A stretch of DNA of 63,891 nucleotides, filler included, from Octopus bimaculoides (GCF_001194135.2; 7 parts of 7 records of this genome joined end to end with filler, not necessarily neighbours in it), one strand, 5' to 3'. Numbered from the whole stretch's first letter, positions 1 to 13,573 are shown. A program made the numbers and translations. Notes: generated from the sequence alone by a model not told the origin.

Positions 1-56
1 ACTTGCCCAAGGTGCCATGTTGTTGGCAATTAAAACACAACCACGTGCATATAGGT

Positions 57-134
57 GCATGTATATATACATGCACATATATGCATATATATGCACAAAT
101 ATCTATCTATATATGTGTGTATGTATATATTTAT

Positions 135-183
<49 letters not shown>

Positions 184-262
184 CATACATACATACATAC
201 ATGCATACATACATATATACAAACATATATACATACATACATACATACATGCACACGCAGTG
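57..262. repeat. Compound microsatellite (TA)n/(TACA)n
   Basis: Direct tandem TA and TACA units; source of the YI/HTYI ORFs. Confidence 0.95.
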
Positions 263-379
263 TGCGTGCATATGTGTATGTGCTTCTGTGTAGGATAGGA
301 TTCCTCGCAGTTTCTGCTCACTAACTTCCAGCCCAAATTCAAAGGTGTTTTGTGAATCTGAGAGTATTTGTCATATATC

Positions 380-480
380 ATTTGTTCTTGGTGCTACGCA
401 GTGCCAAACGAACCGGCGATCACGCGGTTGCGAAATGAACTTCTAAATTACGTAGCTTTGCCTTCTCTCATATCATTTAC
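380..480 (-). mobile_element. Degenerate tRNA-derived SINE head
   Basis: Reverse complement reads ...gcaaccgcgtgatcgccggttcgtttggcactgcgtagcacc..., resembling the SINE head at 61618. Confidence 0.5.
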
Positions 481-819
481 TGAAGATAAGAAGTTAGTAG
501 CCAAGTTGGTAAAATGCCAACGGGTTATAGTTTATTAACGATAAGACGGTGCCAGACCTCTGCTGAGAACGAAATCTATTTCTTTCTTTTGCATGATTTC
601 AATCTATTAAAACAAAATTAATAGCTGTTTTGATTTTTTTGCTCTCATTAAAAGGCAAATACAATGAGAGACAAACATTTCATCAGTAATATTTCGTTCG
701 GAAACAAATTTCAGTTGATCGCTCCTTAATGACAGAAATATGAAAAATGGAAAGTATTTCGGAGACTGCAGTCTGACATTCACCCTAAATTACTAAATGT
801 GCTAAGCCCTTATGATCAT

Positions 820-853
820 ACTATGTATGTATGTATTTATGTATGTATGTATG

Positions 854-884
<31 letters not shown>

Positions 885-1065
885 GTATGTATGTATGTAT
901 GTGCATGCGTGTATGTGTGTGTATGTATGTATGTATGTATGTATGTATGCATGCAAGTGTGTATGTATATATGCACACGCACACAGAAAATGTACATATA
1001 GTTGATGACTATATATGTATATATAAATATATATATATATATATACGTGCAGACTCATATATAAA

Positions 1066-1120
<55 letters not shown>

Positions 1121-1237
1121 ATGTATACATATATAAACATTCACACACACACACATATACATACACACACATATATGTATATGTATATACATACATGCAT
1201 GTATGTTTGTATGTATGTATGTATGTACGTATGTATG

Positions 1238-1294
<57 letters not shown>

Positions 1295-1360
1295 GTTTGT
1301 ATGTGTGTGTATGCATATATGCATTCAAGTCAATATATGTGTATGCGTATTCATACACAT
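820..1360. repeat. Compound microsatellite (TATG)n/(TA)n/(TG)n
   Basis: Visible tandem units. Confidence 0.95.
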
Positions 1361-3860
1361 AATCTATGTTTATTTTAGGAAGACACATTTCTACCTAAAT
1401 TCTATTCTTCGTAATGATATAAACTTTATATATAATTAATCTCACTAACGCTACAGTACGTAGATTGCTAAATACTAAGTGATTCTGCTAATTCCTGCAA
1501 CAATCAGCCGAATTTTTCCCATATAAAATGTAATTATTTAAAGAATTAAAAGAACACGCTGTGCAAGATAACCAAAATGTTAGAATGTCATCGGTGGAAT
1601 GTCCGTTGATCGTAAATGTGTGTCCCAAGAATCGCAATATTGTATAAGGATTTATAAATACAAGGGTTGGAAAAATTAATGGAAACACTTTGTTAAATGG
1701 AAGTTTTATAATTTAATACAATTGCTGATGACGCCAGTCGAGACAAAAACGTGTGAAGACAGCTCTCCGCTTTTCCAGATATAATCAGAACATCTTTACC
1801 TTAAGTCATATCTACATTGAAGAATTCTCGATTCTTGAAGTTATTCCAGTACCTTAGTAGAACCTGGTACTAGTTGCCACAATTGAGAGCGGTGCTAATT
1901 TAATAAATCAGGAATTTAACTTATATGTTACTTAATATAGAAACACTCTTTTCTACGTCATAAGAACTCTTTCAATCTACGTCCTTTCTTTTAATCATTT
2001 TACATGATAAATACGAAAGCAAAACTTTCATTGTTTTCATAGTTTGGTAATGTCCACAAAAAGAGGAGTACTGCTGTTAGAGCAGCTGACCTATTTATTA
2101 CTGCAAAAAATAAGTATAATAGATAGATATGAAAATTAGAGTGTAAATTTATTTTCTGCAGATATGTTCCGAATTTACTATTTTGTTTGACACATCCCCT
2201 TCTCGCAGTAGAAAACATTGTGTAACACATTTTTAAAAATTTCTTTTGTCTATGGTCAGTAAATGTTATTTCCTATTTGCTTAATCAAAGGAAATGACAA
2301 CTATTCCCTTCAATTTTGCTTTTGTCACCTGGACGTCAATATTTTGAGACTAACTTAATCTCCATTACATTTCAAACAGATTGAGTTATGGCAGTAGCAC
2401 AGACTTGTTTGTCAGTTGCTTGACCTTAACCGCTTGAATATGTCCCTTAGTGACTAACAGTATGCCCACCTCTGATAATGAGCAGGAATAGCGGGACAGC
2501 ATCATAGCCATGAGATGAATTCTTTGAAGTTTGAATAAAGGTAAGAAAAGCAAAATTTGAAGGAAATAATGGCCACTTTTCATACTTTCTAGAGGTAATC
2601 AAATAGAAAATAACAGTTGCTACCCAATAACAAAAATCGTGTTACACAGTGCAATTAAATGAATAGCGTGTCCGAATTCCCAATCAAAGTAGAAGTTATG
2701 TGTTAAGGTGAGAATTGAACGGAGACATCGCACTGTGAACTCCTTAATATATAAAATGATATAAACACACTCGTCATTGATTTCTGCTTAATTAAGGCGG
2801 ACATTCTACCTACTAGAAATAGAACCCACATTCCCATTCAATAATATTACACCACATTAAATAAAGAAGAAAACAGATTGAAGTATGTAGTCCTGGTATA
2901 CAAAATGATGTAAGACTGGGTGATTACATTTGGAACGCCGTTGATCAAAGATCTCTGCTCTTTAACGGCTGACCTGACTCTAAACATCCACAAAAGTTGT
3001 GCTCAGACTTTATCAAAGAAAAATGACAAAAGCAGAATATAACGTAGCGCGAGGAATTTGATTTATATATAGTTTTTGTTTTATGTGCTAATGCTATTCA
3101 TAGTTGATTAGCTATTGGTGAAGATTACTTGGGAAATTATGACCTAATGTTCGTATTGAGAGTCATCGAAAACATCTAAGTAGTTTTATCGGCTCTTGAC
3201 ATATTTAAAAGAAACATTTTACAACCATCGTCAGTCAAGTAGGCTAAGCAATACTGGATATCTTTCAACATTACCAGTGGTTATCTCTCTAGTTTATATA
3301 ACTAAGCGACATAATTTTTTTTTTACAAAGGTTTCGGGTTCAGATTTCGCCAACACTTATAAGCTACACGGAAGAGTCGACCTTTGCAATGACCAGCAAG
3401 TCTGTAAGACCATTTTACAGTATCTGAATTATGCAGCATAACTTTTCCTACAGCACATGGCGCACTGATATGATAGAATAGTTGTCCATAGTTTGAACGA
3501 AACGATGTCATTTGAAACTGCTGCTTGTCATAAACTTGTGGAGAAAAGATGTGTGGGTGAATGTGGGCGGAAGTGGGATAGCTGGTTGTGTTCTCTTGTA
3601 CGTCAGTTGAATGACTGACTGTAGTGGTTATATGGTCTGGGTGTTGTAATAAGAGAACTTAGTGGCTATTCAGTAAGAATGTAGAGGAAGTATAGAAAGA
3701 ATTCTAATAAGTTACCTGACATTATCTTCAAATAATACGCTCCTAGAACAGATATTTTTGTTTTATGGCTTACGCAGAGAAGAAAGGGTCACGCCCATGA
3801 CCTTTCTCAGGCTCTCCAAGATTGGTGGGGGAGGGAGAGGAATTAAAGGAAGGAACTAAG

Positions 3861-4095
3861 ACTTGTGTCTCTACTGTAGTAGTAAAATACCGTGTTTTCA
3901 ATCATTCGAATACTTGTAACGCAGTGGACTTCACTAAATACAACCAGGAGCTATGTGGTGATATTATTAGAAACTACGACCTGTGTTTCTACTGCAGAAG
4001 CAAACAACCAGGTTTTCAACCATTACAGCAGATACAAAGTTCGAATACTTGTAACGCAGTGGACTTCACTAAATACAACCAAGTGCTATGTGGTG
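3861..4095 (+). repeat. Two-copy tandem duplication (118-135 bp period)
   Basis: 56-bp blocks 3905-3960 and 4040-4095 differ at 2 positions; upstream blocks near 3861 and 3979 are also similar. Confidence 0.9.
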
Positions 4096-4393
4096 CATTC
4101 ATTATCAAAGTGAAGGCAAATTACGTCTCCAATATAGGAACAGACACAGATTATCACATAAATTTTAGTACAATTTTTCTCACATCAACTGCATCCGTCT
4201 CTCAATGTGCAATGTGCAAGATGATTGCCAAATGCGCCGCAAAGAAAGATTGAATGCGAAATCATCTGACGGTAAAGGCAACTTCTCAATTACGGGAAGA
4301 TGCTTGGATAAATTTATTAAGTAATTTAATTTCTTCCAGATAGAAAGATATTTGGAGTGAAGATTATTTGTCAACATAACATGGCAGTCCTGG

Positions 4394-4693
4394 TTTAGGA
4401 CGACTGTTGCTGTAATTTAGCTCCAGGAGACATCTCCAGCTGGTTATACGACACGATCTGTGTCCTTATATTTCATTTTCTTTTTCTTTTGAAACAGAGA
4501 ATATAGCACCCCCACTCAGCTCAAAATAATATCTATGTATCGCGATTTCTGAGTTATTTCGCTTCATCAGCACAGAATAATTGTTCGGCTAGCAAAAAAA
4601 AAGAAAAAATATATATAAGGGCACAGATAGTGTCGTATAGCCAACTGGAGACGATGTCTTCTGGGGTTAAATTACAGCAACATTCGTCCTAAA
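4394..4693. mobile_element. MITE-like foldback element with ~80-bp inverted arms
   Basis: 4394-4471 is the approximate reverse complement of 4613-4693; right end truncated by a gap. Confidence 0.8.
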
Positions 4694-5530
4694 NNNNNNN
4701 NNNNNNNNNNNNNNNNNNNNNNNNNNNNNNNNNNNNNNNNNNNNNNNNNNNNNNNNNNNNNNNNNNNNNNNNNNNNNNNNNNNNNNNNNNNNNNNNNNNN
4801 NNNNNNNNNNNNNNNNNNNNNNNNNNNNNNNNNNNNNNNNNNNNNNNNNNNNNNNNNNNNNNNNNNNNNNNNNNNNNNNNNNNNNNNNNNNNNNNNNNNN
4901 NNNNNNNNNNNNNNNNNNNNNNNNNNNNNNNNNNNNNNNNNNNNNNNNNNNNNNNNNNNNNNNNNNNNNNNNNNNNNNNNNNNNNNNNNNNNNNNNNNNN
5001 NNNNNNNNNNNNNNNNNNNNNNNNNNNNNNNNNNNNNNNNNNNNNNNNNNNNNNNNNNNNNNNNNNNNNNNNNNNNNNNNNNNNNNNNNNNNNNNNNNNN
5101 NNNNNNNNNNNNNNNNNNNNNNNNNNNNNNNNNNNNNNNNNNNNNNNNNNNNNNNNNNNNNNNNNNNNNNNNNNNNNNNNNNNNNNNNNNNNNNNNNNNN
5201 NNNNNNNNNNNNNNNNNNNNNNNNNNNNNNNNNNNNNNNNNNNNNNNNNNNNNNNNNNNNNNNNNNNNNNNNNNNNNNNNNNNNNNNNNNNNNNNNNNNN
5301 NNNNNNNNNNNNNNNNNNNNNNNNNNNNNNNNNNNNNNNNNNNNNNNNNNNNNNNNNNNNNNNNNNNNNNNNNNNNNNNNNNNNNNNNNNNNNNNNNNNN
5401 NNNNNNNNNNNNNNNNNNNNNNNNNNNNNNNNNNNNNNNNNNNNNNNNNNNNNNNNNNNNNNNNNNNNNNNNNNNNNNNNNNNNNNNNNNNNNNNNNNNN
5501 NNNNNNNNNNNNNNNNNNNTCTCTCTCTCT

Positions 5531-5612
5531 TTCACACACACACACGCTGCACACACACACACGCTGCACACACACACACGCTGCACACACACACACGCTG
5601 CACACACATATA
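5531..5612. repeat. Minisatellite (CA)n-GCTG units
   Basis: cacacacacacacgctg repeated about four times. Confidence 0.85.
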
Positions 5613-5624
5613 CACGCAAATAAA

Positions 5625-5948
<324 letters not shown>

Positions 5949-7479
5949 CGGTATGTTCCATGTGATAGGCCTGATAATTGTTGAGGTTTTTCATAACATG
6001 AAACCAATGGTAGCCTTAATGCACAAATAAAGTATACATACATGCATACATACATAAATACAAACATACATACATATACATACATACATACATACATACA
6101 TACATACATACATAAGTACACACACATACATACATGATGTGTTTCCATGCATTTCCCATCTACCAAAATTATTCGAAAGACATTGGTCTGGGCCCTGGTT
6201 ATGGTAGGAGACACTTGTCCAGCGTCGCTGCACAGTAAGGCTTAATCCGGAACCATGTTGTTGCAAAATGACCTTCTTTATCACACAGCCATGTCGATAA
6301 CAATATTGGACACATCTATGATCAATAGCAATCTATCTATAATCATTCCAACTTATCAAATACGTTTGCAAATCTGACTATATTACAGAATGTGTTCTTT
6401 CTCATTTTTAAATAGGATGCGATTTAAAGGAAACTGACTGCTATTTTCAATAGAGCAAGCGATAAAAAAGAAATAACCCTCTCTGGTTTGATATTGTAAA
6501 GATTGTATATTAGATATAGATAATATTATGACATGTAAAATAGATGATGTTTGGTATCACATAATTTGTATTATGCTGTATATGTCATTCTTCATATGAA
6601 CGCTTACTCAAAGTAATGTAAATTAAAATTAAATATAGCAGGGTGATAAATATCTCAGGCATTTAAAATGAATACCTTTATTTATATTTACATAAATTTG
6701 GATATTGGCATTATTATGAAATTAAAATATACCACAACTCTAGATATTATTATATGAAGTTATAAATTTTAATGTGAAATTTCAAATTAATATTCGGAAA
6801 GCCAGAAATATAATCATTACTTTCCATATATCAGATAAATTAAAATTAATATTTGGAAATAAGACTATCAGCTTTTTCAATAAATGTATTTGATGAAATA
6901 TATAATTAAAAATGCCTCAAACAAAATTTATTCTAAATGAAATTACTTAAAATCTATGCATCGAGAAATTTAAAGATCAAACTCATAACATAAAGGAATT
7001 CACTTAAAAGATCTGAATTTAGCGCTTTTGGAAATAGAATTTTCACTATACATTTGTTTCGGTCTGTAGATGAGCAAACCCTTTGCTCAGATCCCAATAA
7101 TCCACCATACTAATATCTCCGACCTCTGCGGCGTTAAGCGGTTGAGTGAAAGTTTTTCTCAAGGGTTGGATGGGAGCTGTCTGTCACAGTATGAACAGAG
7201 AGCTAGTTTACAAATAAACGAATTACTTCTCAGTTCTATAAAGATACAACGCTTATAGGGAAGCCGATTGTTTGTACACTGATAGAACAAAGTAGCGTTA
7301 ACGGTATATGGGCCTCCTCTCCTGCGCGGTACTTACACTGACCGATACCGCATTGATAAATTTTGTAGACAAAAACTGTATGGGAATCCATCCCATATAT
7401 ATATACATAATACATACATACATACCTACCTGCCTATCTACATACATACATACATATATGTATACATACAAACACACAC

Positions 7480-7554
<75 letters not shown>

Positions 7555-7570
7555 CATGATNNNNNNNNNN

Positions 7571-7620
<50 letters not shown>

Positions 7621-7621
7621 C

Positions 7622-8226
7622 ATGATGGCCGTCCACTCGTGACCGAGGAAGACCATTGCTGACCTTCGGGAACCTTGTGCGCTCTAGGACTAACTTATAT
7701 TTTGCATTTGTGGCCCCGTTGGTGGCTAATGAGCCCTGCTCTTGACAAGCATACACGACTGCAAACATTGCAGACCAAGCTTTCCCCATTCACTATACGA
7801 GCCGTGCGCTTTCGCGCAGCTCGCTTAAGTTCTTCATGCTGGATATGTGTTCTCTCAAAAGTGTCGATCCCCTCCTTAACCTGCTTCCTCCATCCGTGGC
7901 GATGACAGGCATTGTTCTCCCAGTCAGTGTCCTGCATATCACATGCCTTTAAGGAGGACTTGATACAGTCCTTAAATCGTAGCCTTGGTTTCTGCCGGAG
8001 TCTCCTTCCATTCACAAGTTCTCCATATAGCATCTGCTTAGGAATCCTGCTATTCTTCATTCTAATAAGGGGTCCAGTCCAACGTAACCGGTGCTTGTGC
8101 ACCATTGCCTCAATACTCAAGATATCAGCTGTCCTCAGGACCTGTGTGTCTGGAATTTTTGAGGTCCAGCCAACATTGAGAATGTGTCTGAGATATCTCT
8201 GATGAAAGCGTTCATGGACCCTTACA
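7622..8226 (-). mobile_element. RTE-clade LINE, 5'-truncated 3' end
   Basis: Translation ERFHQRYLRHILNVGW...RLRWTG...RIPKQMLYGEL...C-terminal CNVCSRVCLSRAGLISHQRGH (C2H2), then a short 3' UTR ending at microsatellite. Confidence 0.9.
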
Positions 8227-8254
8227 TGTCAGGAGGTAATGGAGGCCAAACAAA

Positions 8255-8990
8255 TAGACATACGCATACGAACATATGTGTAAATTATGTCGTATTTCTG
8301 TGGAAGACATCGCACATGTGATTAGCATCAGCCCAAAATGTTATCAAGATACTACCTCCTATGCGACAACAATATACAATGCCATCTGGAAAAAAGACTG
8401 TCTTGGAATAAATATAGAGAATCTCCTTATTATTGAATACGTACATAAATATCAGCACAAGTAATACTGGTGGAACATTCCCTTCAAAACATCTGTCAAG
8501 TGTAAGCATAACAGGCTGGATATTATTGTTTGGCACAGACAAGAAAAAGTATGTACCGGTCCTGCTGATGGGAATATCTCTTTGAAAATCAAAGAGAAAG
8601 AAGATAATTATGGACAACTGATTCGAAACCTCCAGTTTCTGTATCAAGATTACAAATTTACATTTATACCAATACTAATTTGAGTACTTGATTTTTGTAA
8701 ATAAAAGCCTAACTGTTAATCTGGATAAGCTTGAATTTTCAGAAAAAGTAATCAACCAACTGACTCGCACATTGCAAGTACGATCTGTAAGCGGAACAAT
8801 AAAAGTATGCAAGGCTTTTCTCAGGTTTAAAATGTAACATTGTTTTCATTATTTTTATTTCAACGATGGAGCTTTGTATGTTTGTTAGCAACATAAACTC
8901 TGGCAGTAACATTAATTCAGACCTAATTAGATAGAAACCTAACTTCGGCTACCAACTGGTATGAGACCAAGGTGAACCACACAAATTAAC
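8255..8990 (+). mobile_element. RLE-type (R4-like) non-LTR retrotransposon 3' fragment
   Basis: CKLC..EDIAHVIS zinc knuckle; YWWNIPFKT..KCKHNRLDIIVW; KEKEDNYGQLIRNLQFLYQDYKFTFIPI; stop at 8835-8837; frameshifted. Confidence 0.85.
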
Positions 8991-9321
8991 AAATAGATCA
9001 GATTTCAGATTCAAAACAACCTCCCCTCACTTCCCGCTGAATCCCGACCCAGCAAACAACTAACTGGATTCAGTTTACTTTGAGCCAAGCTAGTTGAAGG
9101 ACCTTGAAAGAAGCTGCATAGAAAATTATGCTCGGTTGCATATGCAACTATCCATACCCTGTGCAGTGGAAACACGTGTAAGCCATCATAACCATGAAAA
9201 TATGCTCTATGACATTGAAAATAATAACGAAATATATTTTGAGAATGCATCAGTCTCCATATTCTCTATCGTTATAATTATTGCTTATATATATATAATA
9301 GGTGACAATTAGTTGGCTGTC

Positions 9322-9499
9322 ATAATAAAACTCAGAATTTCGGATGCCGGGGCTGAAGTCTACTCCGGCTTCTCATCAGTTATTAAGACAAACAAAAACG
9401 CTAAGAAAAAAAACTGTTAAATAAAGGGAAATTACTCCAATAGGCGCGGAGAAAGTAAACAAACTTCAGCCCGGCATCCGAAGCTCTGAGTTTTATTAT
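9322..9499. mobile_element. MITE with ~37-bp terminal inverted repeats
   Basis: ataataaaactcagaatttcggatgccggggctgaagt (9322-9359) vs reverse complement of 9463-9499. Confidence 0.85.
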
Positions 9500-10718
9500 A
9501 GAGCTGCGTTGTTGGTGTTTTTGTAGGCGCTATGGTGGTGGTTGTGGTCAGCGCCTTTGTTGTTGATGGCGTTGTCTCGTTTAGTTGGTGGTGGTGTTTT
9601 TACTGGAACCCTCTCTGCTTTCTTTTCGTAGGATTTCTTCTGTTGTTGGGATTGCTTCTGTAGTTGTGGTTGCTTCAGTTGTTGTGGTGTGGGTGGTGCT
9701 TGTATTGAGTAGTGTCCTCCTTCTGTTNNNNNNNNNNNNNNNNNNNNNNNNNNNNNNNNNNNNNNNNNNNNNNNNNNNNNNNNNNNNNNNNNNNNNNNNN
9801 NNNNNNNNNNNNNNNNNNNNGGCTGTTCAGTGCTGTTTTGCTACGTCTTCTGTTGCACATCTGACTTCAACTGTGCCATATTTCTTACCCCTCGACAGAT
9901 ATGTTACATCTTTTCAACTGCTTGCTTTGTGTCAGTTTTTAAACGTCTATTTTTTAAAGATATAGCTTTGTACACCATGGTACGTTTGTTTGTATTGTCT
10001 ATAATATCTGGAGGTGTGTTTATAGAAACACATCTTATGCTTTTTCTTTTTAAAATGTTCCTGTAATCTTTGAGAGATTCTACAGAAACATTAATGAATT
10101 CAGTGTAGGTTTTACTATTGAAGCAAAACCTAAGCTGTTTAATGCATTGGGTTCTTGTTGGTGTTGTTGAGTGTTCAGTGTGTTAGTGTTAGTGGGAGGG
10201 ATTGGATTCACAGGTGTTGCGATGCTATCAGCGTCAATTAGCTGAATTTCCTTGCTCTTTTCTTCTTTCTCTCGTTTCTTTTCTTCTTTCTCTCGTTTCT
10301 TTTCTTCTTTTTCCTTCTGTAGCACATCGTTGCACGTACTAGCAAGACTTTCATCGTCCCTCTATCTGCCTTTTAAGGCGCGGAGAGGGTGGAGACAATT
10401 AGTTTTTAAACTTTTTTGGCCGTTTTCCAACGGCAGAAGAGGGAAGTCAAAAAGAAAGGAAGAGCTGACACTCTTCTCCAAAGACATTTTGCAAATTTTA
10501 AAATTGAAAAACGATAAGATTGAAGAATCTAAATTGAAAATTCTCCTCAAAAATGGTAAAATCCCGCCTAAACGCTCAGCACGGCCTGACCAAAGAAATG
10601 TAAAAAAAAATTGCAGATACAACAACATTATCTCTAAAAATTGAACAAAAATTTACAGCTCAAGAACACGAACGTTTTCCTCTTTAAAATCTACGAGCAG
10701 CTACCAGTCTGAAAGCAC
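9500..10718 (-). mobile_element. Degenerate LINE ORF1-like 5' region (L1/Tx1-like)
   Basis: Minus-strand translation across stops/frameshifts: GFASIV...YLSRGKKYGTVEVRCATEDVAK, homologous to the ORF at 18715; Thr-rich tail after the gap. Confidence 0.6.
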
Positions 10719-10818
10719 NNNNNNNNNNNNNNNNNNNNNNNNNNNNNNNNNNNNNNNNNNNNTTAATTAATTAANNNNNNNNNNNNNNNNNNNNNNNNNN
10801 NNNNNNNNNNNNNNNNNN
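10719..10818. other. Assembly gap marker 44N-TTAATTAATTAA-44N (six copies: 10763, 19416, 43524, 51756, 59214, 61828)
   Basis: Identical 100-bp construct each time, with stop codons in all six frames. Confidence 0.95.
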
Positions 10819-11086
10819 CTTTCAAATTTATCAGAATATCGGACTGATGATTTGGAATAGGGAAATTTTCATTCTCTTAACCATGAAACGATCGTATCCG
10901 ATTAACTAAAGACTTGTTTTGTTTATGCTTTCCCCTCCGGTCTTTTGTTCTATGTGTGCCATAAATATCGCCATCCATTTTAGAGAAAAATTTGTAGTTT
11001 AGAATCAGTAGTTCTTTGACTGCTGTTTCTGAATTTTCAGTATGTTGGAGAAGCAACTCAATTGCTAATCCCTTATATTTATGATG

Positions 11087-11117
<31 letters not shown>

Positions 11118-11767
11118 GAGAAAGAGAGAGAAGATGGAGATATGATCGGTCCTGGATGTTAACCAAAATTCAAAATGTATTCAACTGTGAATATCTTCAG
11201 AGCGTATTAAATATTTTAATGACAATCGTAACCGCAAACGATGGCCATAGATAGGTGTTTCGTACGAAGGTAATGCTATCCCACACTTATCAGATGGGCA
11301 CGTTATGGATCTAAGTTAGAGTCTGACCCCAATAAAAATTAAGAAACGGAAATTATGGGATAGTTCGCATCTATAATGTACCTAAAGGACAAGTCTGAGA
11401 TATGTACACCTGATTTACATTAGTGAAATACATTTTAAGATGCTGGTCTTGATCCGTCTCCTCCACAACAGACTCACATGATTGACACTTTGTTCAGCCA
11501 TTGGTTCTTTTAATCAGTTTGTTTATCCTTACTTTATTTTATTCCTACACGTTTCCGATTTTATCTCTTTTCCACCTTATCTCTATACCTACGTTTCTAT
11601 ACACTTACAAAATTCTGTCCCTTCTAAACTGGATTTCCAAATTTGCCTTTCGCCTATATCAAGAGTTATAGATCTTCGATTCTCGGTCATAAAAATTAAC
11701 TTTTGAAAATGACAATTCAGTTTAATGACCATCATTAAATTACACTAAATATATATGTGTGTAGGAG

Positions 11768-11814
11768 AGCGAGCGAGAGAGAGAGAGGGGGGAGAGAGAG
11801 TAGGAGAGAGAGTG

Positions 11815-11881
<67 letters not shown>
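11768..11881. repeat. (GA)n microsatellite
   Basis: Visible tandem units. Confidence 0.95.
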
Positions 11882-11884
<3 letters not shown>

Positions 11885-12553
11885 AAGTTGTTTCAAACAC
11901 ATTCTTCAAGTTTAACCTTTTTTTAGACTTTTCATATTTTCATATTACTTTTTTCACACTTAGATTGGAACAATAAAGTTCACATTCGAAGTTTTCTGAC
12001 CTTTATTATCTCATTTTGAAGAGTTCAAAATGTTTGGTGTTTGTGTTGTTTTATATACTGGTTGAATTCATGTAGAATTTCCTGGCATAGGTTCTTTTTT
12101 TTTACCATTATCTTCATACGCCAGCCGTCACGTGTCAGTTGGTATACGTATTTGCCGTTCGATAAATTTCCAACAGATTTCCGCCGAACATTTTTTGCTT
12201 CTTGCTGTTAAATCGTGTAATTGTATGTTTGTACAAAGTGGGGAGGTCTATTCTTTTATACTTGTCTCATGAAATACACGATTATGCTGAAGTTTTATCG
12301 TTTTTATCTTAGACTTTACGTAATATTAGACTTTTACAGTTAGCTTGGGACAACACTCAATCTCTCTCTCTCTCCCTCTGTAATTATACACACACACACA
12401 CACACACATTTTTTTGTTGTGACAAGTTCAAATCAGTTACGCTCGGCCACTTAGAATAAAGAACTCAAGGATTAATCTGGGAGTGAACGAACATGTAATT
12501 CAAAATCGCAAGTCTGACAAAATATATTTCGTCGGACTAACAATAATGGATTA

Positions 12554-12785
12554 AAGGCAGCGAGCTGGGATAAACGTTAGCACGCCGAGCGAAATGCTTA
12601 GCAGTATTTCGTCTGTCTTTACGTTCTGAGTTCAAATTCCGCCGAAGTCGACTTTGCTTTCATCCTTTCAGGGTCTATTAAATAAGTACCAGTTACGCAC
12701 TGTGATCGATGTAATCCGCTTAATCCCTTTGTCTGTCCTTGTTTCTCCCCCTATGTTTAGCTCCCTGTGGACAATAAAGAAATAA
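12554..12785 (+). mobile_element. tRNA-derived SINE family S1
   Basis: A-box-like ggcgagctgg, B-box gagttcaaattcc, central ctttcatccttt...taagtaccag, tail aataaagaaataa. Confidence 0.9.
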
Positions 12786-12886
12786 ATACTGGATTAAATA
12801 CGTGTACATGAGCGTGCGCGCGTTTGTTTGTCTGTGTGTATGTATGTTTAGATGAATGGATGCATACATGCATGCATATAAAGTCT

Positions 12887-13148
12887 AAAGACTCCTTCAA
12901 TCACGAATGACTATGGGATTGGACCTAGAAAGCACACGTTCAGGCAAGGTTCTTTGGGGAAGACTAACAGTCGCCCATGCATACCAGTTGCCTCTTTCCA
13001 CGCCACTAATGTTGCCAAAAAGACAACTAAAGGCCGATACAATTTGCTATTAGTGACGTTGCAACTATTTCAATAGCTGAGTGAACTGGAACAACGTGAA
13101 ATAAAGTGTCTTGTTCAAGAACACAAGAAGACAGCCCGATCCGGGAAT
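12887..13148 (-). mobile_element. CORE-like SINE family S3 (antisense copy)
   Basis: Reverse complement aligns along its length with 13249-13573. Confidence 0.8.
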
Positions 13149-13248
13149 GTATGTATGTGTACATACATACATACATACATACATACATACAGACAGACAG
13201 ACAGACATAATAGCTATTAGGGTTATAATGTAGTACATAGCTACTATA

Positions 13249-13573
13249 GGCGTATGGCTCAGTGGTTAGAATCACAATCATGTGGTTATGAGTTCGATTC
13301 CCGGACTGAGCTGCGTGTTGTGTTCTTGAGCAAAACACTTTGTTAAACGTCGCTCCAGTTCCCTCAGCTGTAGAAATGAGTTATGACGTCACTGGTACCA
13401 AGCTGTATTGGCCTTTGCCGTTCCCTTGGATAACATTGGTGACATGGGGAGAGGAGGCTAGTATGCATGGGCGACTACTAATCTGCCATAAACAACCTTA
13501 TTTGGTCTTGTGTCTCGGAGGGTAACTTTCTAGGTGCAATTCCATGGTCATTCATGACCAAAGAGGGTTTTTT
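13249..13573 (+). mobile_element. CORE-like SINE family S3
   Basis: tggctcagtggtt A box, gagttcgattccc B box, then gttgtgttcttgagcaaaacactt...cagctgtagaaatgag CORE-like domain. Confidence 0.85.

Noticed and set aside
3-1439. Long YI/HTYI/VCMY ORFs (also 14.1-16.0 kb, 55.3-55.9 kb and elsewhere)
   Set aside because: Translations of di- and tetranucleotide microsatellites
1722-1760. CTGATGA...AAAAACGTG hammerhead-like string
   Set aside because: No convincing stem II, GAAA mutated, GUG is not a cleavage triplet
7500-7627. Direct repeats on both sides of 10-N gaps (also 15484-15598)
   Set aside because: Typical unmerged contig overlaps
9340-9385. Minus-strand CTGATGA...GAAAT inside the MITE
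   Set aside because: No stem III/UH site or stem I
10763-10774. Recurrent TTAATTAATTAA palindrome
   Set aside because: Always centred in 44N+44N; an assembler spacer, not biology
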